Shown here in pieces: positions 58,292-64,000 of a stretch of DNA of 64,000 bases. The translations under genes and the position numbers were made by a program. Below the pieces are notes generated by a model. The model was not told the DNA's origin, searched no databases, and saw only the letters and a list, made by a program, of their open reading frames with translations. This DNA comes from a virus. Lineage: Duplodnaviria; Caudoviricetes. Position 1 is the first letter of the stretch. Each line of letters starts with the position of its first letter. Location: the IMG/VR virus record IMGVR_UViG_3300011008_002750, positions 56,855-120,854 of that record; one strand, 5' to 3'.

Positions 58292-58554
58292 TAATTTTTA
58301 TTTCCAAAGTACACGGAGATAGTAATGGAGACGATGCGAGTGGTACTCCATGTTAAAAACAAAAGTCACTTACAAATAGTTGAAGGAAAACAACTATAAA
58401 AACCAGTTAATTAACTTTAATCTTGAAGGTGGTAGAGTAACCTTACAAAGCATATCTAGTAGACTCGGTTGAAGTATGCCAGGAGAGATGATAGAAGCCT
58501 AGGCTCTCAAATTTTTTGAAACTTTTTAATAATATAAGATATAATAATTAAAAT

Positions 58555-58625
58555 GGCGGGTTCGTATATCGGTAGTACTCAAGATTTTCATTCTTGCAAG
58601 AGGGGTCCGACTCCCCTACCCGCTA
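58555..58625 (+). tRNA. tRNA-Glu(TTC)
   Basis: caaga-ttttcat-tcttg. Confidence 0.85.
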
Positions 58626-58767
58626 CAACTAATTGATAATCAATCAGTTATAAATTTACAATTCAACGATTACTATATGTAAGTTCGGGATTTGGATGGG
58701 CACTACCAAATGGACGGAGAACCGCGTGCATTCGAGATTGGTGACAATACGGAGAGACGTATAATAA

Positions 58768-58841
58768 TGGAATGTAACTCAGTCGGTCAGAGTTCGAAGC
58801 TTATACCTTCGCGGTCGGGGGTTCAAGTCCCTCCATTCCAA
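58768..58841 (+). tRNA. tRNA-Ile(TAT)
   Basis: cgaag-cttatac-cttcg; canonical D- and T-arms. Confidence 0.85.
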
Positions 58842-58952
58842 CGTGAAAGGCTGTAGTGTTGGTTTTATTAGTTTTTTGTCAAAATGCAGTAACCTCCATA
58901 TCGTGCGAACAAATAATATGGTCAGGACAAAACATGAAAACTAATTTTATAT

Positions 58953-59033
58953 TGCGTGGTGTCAGAAGCTGGTATCTGGGTGGGCTCATAACCCACTGCG
59001 TAAGCCTCGGAGGTTCGAGTCCTCCCCACGCCA
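58953..59033 (+). tRNA. tRNA-Met(CAT), initiator-like
   Basis: gtggg-ctcataa-cccac (three G-C pairs), unpaired first position, extended variable loop. Confidence 0.8.
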
Positions 59034-59125
59034 CAAATTAGCTTAAAAATGGATAGTTCAATTTTTATTTCCACAACTTAAATAAATATAATATATTAAT
59101 ATATAAAAATAATTTATATTTAATT

Positions 59126-60022
59126 ATGGGAAATTGTAAATATTGTAATAAAGAATTTAAAAATGTTAAAAACCACGAAAAACATTGTAAATTAAATCCA
59201 GATTATGATAAAATTGATCATTCATATTTATCTAGAAATGGTGCTAATACATATCGTTATTTAGGTAAATTACGTGCTATAAATACACAAAATAACATAC
59301 ATGAACATCAAATTATTTGTGCAAAATGCGGAAAAGAATTTTCAGTAATAGTAAGCGACAATAATTTCAATAAAGGAAAATATAAACATTTTTGTTCACG
59401 AAGTTGTGCAAATTCTCATGTTGTATCAGATTAGACAAAAGAAAAAATAAGTAAAGGAGTTATACATAAAATATACGGGTCAAAAGAAAAACAAGAGGAA
59501 CATAAATTAAAAACGTGTGCTTGTTGTGGAAAATAGTATAGACCAACGTCATTAAGTAAATTTTGTAGTACAGACTGTAAAAATATTAGTATACATAATA
59601 AAATTATATCAGATGAAACTAGACAAAAATTATCAGAAGCTGGTAAGCATTCTGCAAAAGTTCAATCAGAAATACGACGTTCAAAAAATGAAATGAAATT
59701 TTGTACATTATGCGAGCAATATTTTAATAATGTAGAACATAATAAATCAATATTTAATGGTTGGGATGCAGATGTAATAATACATGATATAAAATATGCA
59801 ATTTTATGGAATGGCCCATGGCATTATAAAAAACTTAATAAAAAACATTCTGTAGAACAAGTACAAAATAGAGATAATATTAAAATTAATGAAATAATAA
59901 AATATGGTTACACGCCATATATTATTAAAGATTTAGGTAAATATAAAGAATCATTTGTACAAGAAAAATTTGATGAATTTTTAGAATTTTTAAAGAAAAA
60001 AGAGATAGAGGCCCATGTCTGA
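59126..60022 (+). CDS. Multi-Zn-finger Vsr-like endonuclease, 298 aa (TAG=Gln)
   Basis: CKYC, CAKCG, FCSRSCANSH; RRSKNE...GWDADVIIHDIKYAILWNGPWHY. Confidence 0.8.
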
Positions 60023-60170
60023 AACGACTTGTAGGTTCGAATCCTACTCATGGTGTTTCACTTTGAATGTTATATTTAATAAATTTATAAATGTTGCAAC
60101 ACTTTCTAATTAATAACATTCTTTAAGAAGTGGATCCTACTGTGATGGCGAAACAGGTAAACGCGTGGGT
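60011..60170 (+). ncRNA. Circularly permuted tRNA-Leu-like RNA
   Basis: The 3' half (variable arm, T-arm, tcatggt) precedes the 5' half (actgtga, D-arm, gtgggt); the halves are complementary in both acceptor and anticodon stems. Confidence 0.68.
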
Positions 60171-60376
60171 AAGATTGTTGTTGGCTATAACAACATTAAA
60201 TAAATATAGTACCTTTAACTAATATATTAGGTCAGACGCTAAATATATTCCTTAAATGAAAAGCAAAGTATTGAGTAATAGAATACATGAGGGTTCGGAC
60301 CCTGGAGTAGAAATCGACCAAAAAATGCATATAGTTATATGGGTGCAACTCCCATAATAATATTTTAGTTAATAAT

Positions 60377-60445
60377 GACATCATCGTATAGTGGTTATTA
60401 TTGGGGACTGTCTCTCCTCGGACCAGAGTTCGAATCTCTTCACTC
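60377..60445 (+). pseudogene. tRNA-Asp(GTC) lacking its 3' acceptor strand
   Basis: D-, anticodon (ctgtctc) and T-arms are present, but gacatca has no partner after the T-arm. Confidence 0.6.
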
Positions 60446-60662
60446 GCTCCAGGATATAGCACAGATACGGGGTTGATGAAAACAATCATTAGTAGTTGCG
60501 GGACGCCAATATGAAACGGTTTGTTGGATTCTAAAACATGAAAGTTATGGAAGCAGAGATGGTTGCAAACATTGAGGTGGAAATGCAGATGTATGTAAAT
60601 AGGGCGCTCTCAGTGGTGGGAGAGGTCGGAGAACAACCCGTAAAAACTTCTATCCTGACCAT

Positions 60663-60734
60663 GCCCTTGTACGCTAACGGACAAACGAGGTGGCTACGAA
60701 CCACCCATTCCCCGTTCGAATCGGGGCGGGGGTA
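60663..60734 (+). tRNA. tRNA-Arg(ACG)
   Basis: ggtgg-ctacgaa-ccacc. Confidence 0.85.
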
Positions 60735-60797
60735 CTAATAAATAAACAATTTCAATTTAATGTAATAAAATAATTGAAATAATAAATTATATTAAAA

Positions 60798-61328
60798 ATG
60801 AAAATTGATTCATTAGAGAGCATTTGGGATAACTTAGGATATGTTATTCAAAAATATGGTGGTTTTAAGAAAACACAATTTCACCCAAGAAAGTTAATTT
60901 ATAATTGTGCACCAAAAAGAATGAAAGATGGATCTGTGAAAAATACTTTTATTGAAGTTGGATATCTTTATTTAACAAGTGCAGTTAAAGATGATTCTCA
61001 ATGTAATATTTGGTTTGATTGTACTGACCATATTAATTATGATAAAGAACATAAAATTATATTTCCGACAATGTCTGAACAGTTTTGGGATAAAATTGTT
61101 AGAAAGCATAATTCAAATATTGCGCAAATTTATAATAATTCAACAAAAGAAGATTTTAATATAACATGGAGTACTATAAAAGGACAAGCATTATTTACGA
61201 CAAGAAAAGAAGCCGAGGATTATATTAAGCAATGTGAAAATGGTAAAGTTGAGCTTTCTGAATTCTTTTTAAAGGTTGAAAAAGTTATAACAAACCCAAC
61301 ACCAGAAGATTATGAAAATATAAAATAA
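60798..61328 (+). CDS. Hypothetical protein
   Basis: 176-aa ORF. Confidence 0.72.
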   Translation: MKIDSLESIWDNLGYVIQKYGGFKKTQFHPRKLIYNCAPKRMKDGSVKNTFIEVGYLYLTSAVKDDSQCNIWFDCTDHINYDKEHKIIFPTMSEQFWDKIVRKHNSNIAQIYNNSTKEDFNITWSTIKGQALFTTRKEAEDYIKQCENGKVELSEFFLKVEKVITNPTPEDYENIK

Positions 61329-61350
61329 AAAATAAAAACTAATTAGAAAC

Positions 61351-61815
61351 ATGAGAAAATTTTTATTTATTGCACTTGCAATTATTAGCAGTATGGTATT
61401 CACTTCATGTGGAACTCAATTTGGTTTGGTTTATGGCGTTCAGCTTACAGGTGATGGAGATGGACAATTTGAAGTAACTTTTCCACAAGGTTCTTATGAA
61501 ATGAATGGTAAAGCAGCTCTTGCATTGAATGTAGGTGATTCTGTATTGTTTAATGATACAACTGCTAAGGTTGCATACAAGAATGATGTTCTTCTTCGTG
61601 GTAATAAGGATGAAATTGAAGCAATGCGTCGTGTAAATGATTCTATTGCAAATCAATTTAATACTTTTGACGGTGAAGGAACATATGATATTTGGCTTAA
61701 AGGTTTTGTCAAAGAAATTGGATCTGGTTTGGTATTCTCAGTTGACAGACATTTTACAAATCGTGTAAAAGGAGTTCGTAAGAACGATAATGATCTTTAT
61801 CCATTTATTCAATGA
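61351..61815 (+). CDS. Putative lipoprotein
   Basis: Signal peptide with an FTSC lipobox. Confidence 0.78.
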   Translation: MRKFLFIALAIISSMVFTSCGTQFGLVYGVQLTGDGDGQFEVTFPQGSYEMNGKAALALNVGDSVLFNDTTAKVAYKNDVLLRGNKDEIEAMRRVNDSIANQFNTFDGEGTYDIWLKGFVKEIGSGLVFSVDRHFTNRVKGVRKNDNDLYPFIQ

Positions 61816-61858
61816 TTTTGAAATTGGTTATATCATTTAAGGTAAACCAATTTGAAAT

Positions 61859-62011
61859 GCCCCGGTAACTCAGTTGGACTTAGAGTAACAGCCTTCCTAG
61901 TGAATAAAACACTAAAAAATTGAAGCTTATAGATTTAAGAAATTTTTAAAGGAGCAAAACCTTTTATAAGCACTAAGCTGTGGGTCCTTGGTTCGAATCC
62001 AAGTCGGGGTA
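61859..62011 (+). tRNA. tRNA-Arg(TCT) with a 77-nt anticodon intron (61897-61973)
   Basis: Removing the insert gives acagc-cttctaa-gctgt; A20 in the D-loop. Confidence 0.8.
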
Positions 62012-62197
62012 CAATAACATTGCTTCATTGCAATCGGTTTATCACTTGACGAAACAAAGTGACGTTCACCAGCTGATTCGACAAATATAGTTGGCTAAAA
62101 GAAAACCGAGCACAGGTGTCCGACATTAGTGACGGTTAAGTTAAGCTGCAGATTACTTAGCAGTATCTAATGAGAAGATTCGTTAATTCTTCACCGT

Positions 62198-62228
62198 TAT
62201 GGGAACTTTAATTAGTTCCCATTTTTTA
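62198..62228 (+). terminator. Intrinsic terminator
   Basis: atgggaact/agttcccat followed by a T tract. Confidence 0.72.
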
Positions 62229-62309
62229 TGGCGAGGTAGCTCAGTTGGTTAGAGCGTAAAAGTTGTTAGATCAATTTATTTTTATGCTACATAAATAAAT
62301 ATTAAAATT

Positions 62310-63320
62310 ATGTTAAATTTTATGTATAAGTGCAAATATTGTGGAAAAGAATATGAAAAAGCAACTCAAGTAGCTGGACATACTGGAAGATGTAAAAATA
62401 ATCCAAATAGAATTAAAAATATTGAAAAAACAAACAAATATTTATAGAATGCTAATAAATAGCGGTTAGAAAATATAAAAGCTAATCCAAAATATCAAAA
62501 GAAAGAATATACATTTAAATGCAAAAAATGTGGAAAAATATATACATTAATATTAAATGAAAATCAATATAATAATGGTAAATATTCAAAATATTGTTCT
62601 AAATCATGTGCAAATAGTCATATAAATGAAAATAATGAAGGAGTTACAAAAAATTTAAAAATTTTTAAAAAATGTAACATTTGTGGAAAAGATACGTTAG
62701 TTTCTGCACAATTATCAAATAATAAAGTAAAATGTGATACATGTAAGCAAAATCAATATAATATTTTACCAACAGAATCATATAAAATTTGTAATATATG
62801 TAATAAACATTATAAATATATTTTAGGAATTAATACTAAAAAATTTTGTTGTAAAGAATGTCAAATGGAATATCATGAAAATAAATTAAAATATTTATCA
62901 ATAGAAACAAGAAATACTTTTTCAGAAACAGCTAGAAAAAATATAGCAAAAATGGAAAATATTAGACGTAGTAAAAATGAAATATATTTTTGTGAATTAT
63001 GCGAAAAATATTTTAAAAATGTTGAACATAATTTACCTTTATTTAATGGTTGGGATGCTGATATTATTATACATGATATAAAATATGCTATTATGTGGAA
63101 TGGAAAATGGCATTATGAAGAAATGAATTTTAAAGGTAGTCATTAGTCTTTAGCACAAATTCAAAATAGGGATAAAATAAAAGAAAAAGAAATTTTAAAT
63201 TATGGATATAAATTATACATTATAAAAGATATGGGCGGATATAATAAGAAATTTGTTGAAAAAGAATTTAACAATTTTATTATTTTTTTACATAATAACA
63301 ATATTATGAAAATGGAATAA
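62310..63320 (+). CDS. Multi-Zn-finger Vsr-like endonuclease (paralog of 59126..60022), 336 aa (TAG=Gln)
   Basis: Multiple CxxC; RRSKNE...GWDADIIIHDIKYAIMWNGKWHY. Confidence 0.8.
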
Positions 63321-63389
63321 AAATAAGTTTAAATATAAAATTAATAATTATAAATGCTAATTTAAATTTATTTTAAATATAAATAACTA

Positions 63390-63535
63390 GGCAGCTCAAT
63401 TGGGTCGAACAATAGTCTTTATAGTGAACAAAACGCACTAAAAATTGATGTTTATAGATTTATGAAATTTTAAAGGAGCAAAATCTTCTATATACATTAA
63501 GACACTGGTTGTGAGTTCAATCCTCACAACTGCCA
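63390..63535 (+). pseudogene. Degenerate tRNA carrying a fourth copy of the anticodon intron (about 63421-63497)
   Basis: Insert closely similar to the Arg intron; T-arm and 3' acceptor retained; D-arm and anticodon stem damaged. Confidence 0.65.
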
Positions 63536-63546
63536 CAATTGTTAAA

Positions 63547-63620
63547 ATCCTATTAGCCCAATCGGTAGAGGCAATAGTTTCAAAAACTATACGGTGTTGG
63601 TTCGAATCCAACATGGGATA
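63547..63620 (+). tRNA. tRNA-Leu(CAA) with a short variable loop
   Basis: atagt-ttcaaaa-actat; gcc/ggc D-stem; 5-nt variable loop. Confidence 0.78.
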
Positions 63621-63670
63621 CAATATGAAACACATTTGTTTCATTTATAAAAATTAAGTAAAAAGTCATT

Positions 63671-64000
63671 ATGAAAAAATTATTTAGTATTGGGCTTATA
63701 AGCCTTATTTTACTATGCGGTTTTTCATCTTGTGCAACATTAAAACAAACTAATTCTAAGTGGGTTAATGATCCGCGTGTAGAAGTTGTTAATGAACAAA
63801 CAGTTATTTTTAATGATGTTGTAAAAATTGAAATTATTACTAACAATGCGGCTCAAGTTACTTATGTTTATGATTTAAAACACAGTAAACTTATGAAAGT
63901 TGCACGAGGTTCTTTTGATATTGATTTGCCTAGAGGTAATTACCTGGTGCAATCTAATAGAAAAATCACAAAAACTGTTTATGATGTTATTATTGAATAA
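63671..64000 (+). CDS. Putative lipoprotein
   Basis: Signal peptide with an FSSC lipobox; TAA at the window end. Confidence 0.75.
   Translation: MKKLFSIGLISLILLCGFSSCATLKQTNSKWVNDPRVEVVNEQTVIFNDVVKIEIITNNAAQVTYVYDLKHSKLMKVARGSFDIDLPRGNYLVQSNRKITKTVYDVIIE

Noticed and set aside
58842-58945. Theta/HDV-like ribozyme after tRNA-Ile(TAT)
   Set aside because: I could not build the nested double pseudoknot by eye; left as unassigned structure pending a motif search.
45887-61973. Group I/II or bulge-helix-bulge identity for the tRNA inserts
   Set aside because: They are too short for a ribozyme core, do not end in G after a U exon end, and show no BHB at the junctions.

Overview
A 64-kb slice of a very AT-rich, T4-related jumbo/megaphage genome. 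It is most consistent with a Lak-type phage of Bacteroidota (Prevotella-like): nine Bacteroidota TAnnTTTG promoters are present, and TAG is read as Gln (code 15). The supplied ORF track fragments many genes at TAG; read with TAG=Gln they join into long genes ending in TAA/TGA. Left half: clamp loader broken into two genes by an atypically split intein with a Vsr-like endonuclease between the halves; head/virion genes (gp4-like, portal, gp13-like neck, terminase with a mini-intein); a glycosylation cluster with a 1431-aa multi-domain glycosyltransferase. Middle: TAG-free early genes (RmlD, DinG-like helicase, Thg1, metallophosphoesterases). Right: two tRNA/ncRNA regions invaded by four endonuclease genes. 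Strongest candidates for undescribed biology: (1) four related 73-77 nt anticodon introns built from a small hairpin plus an embedded tRNA mimic; (2) an array of unrelated structured RNAs separated by about 10 copies of a hairpin similar to the intron hairpin; (3) circularly permuted tRNA-like RNAs; (4) a covarying pseudoknot-type leader ahead of two paralogous endonucleases; (5) the split intein. All calls come from manual reading without database searches; coordinates may be off by a few bases.
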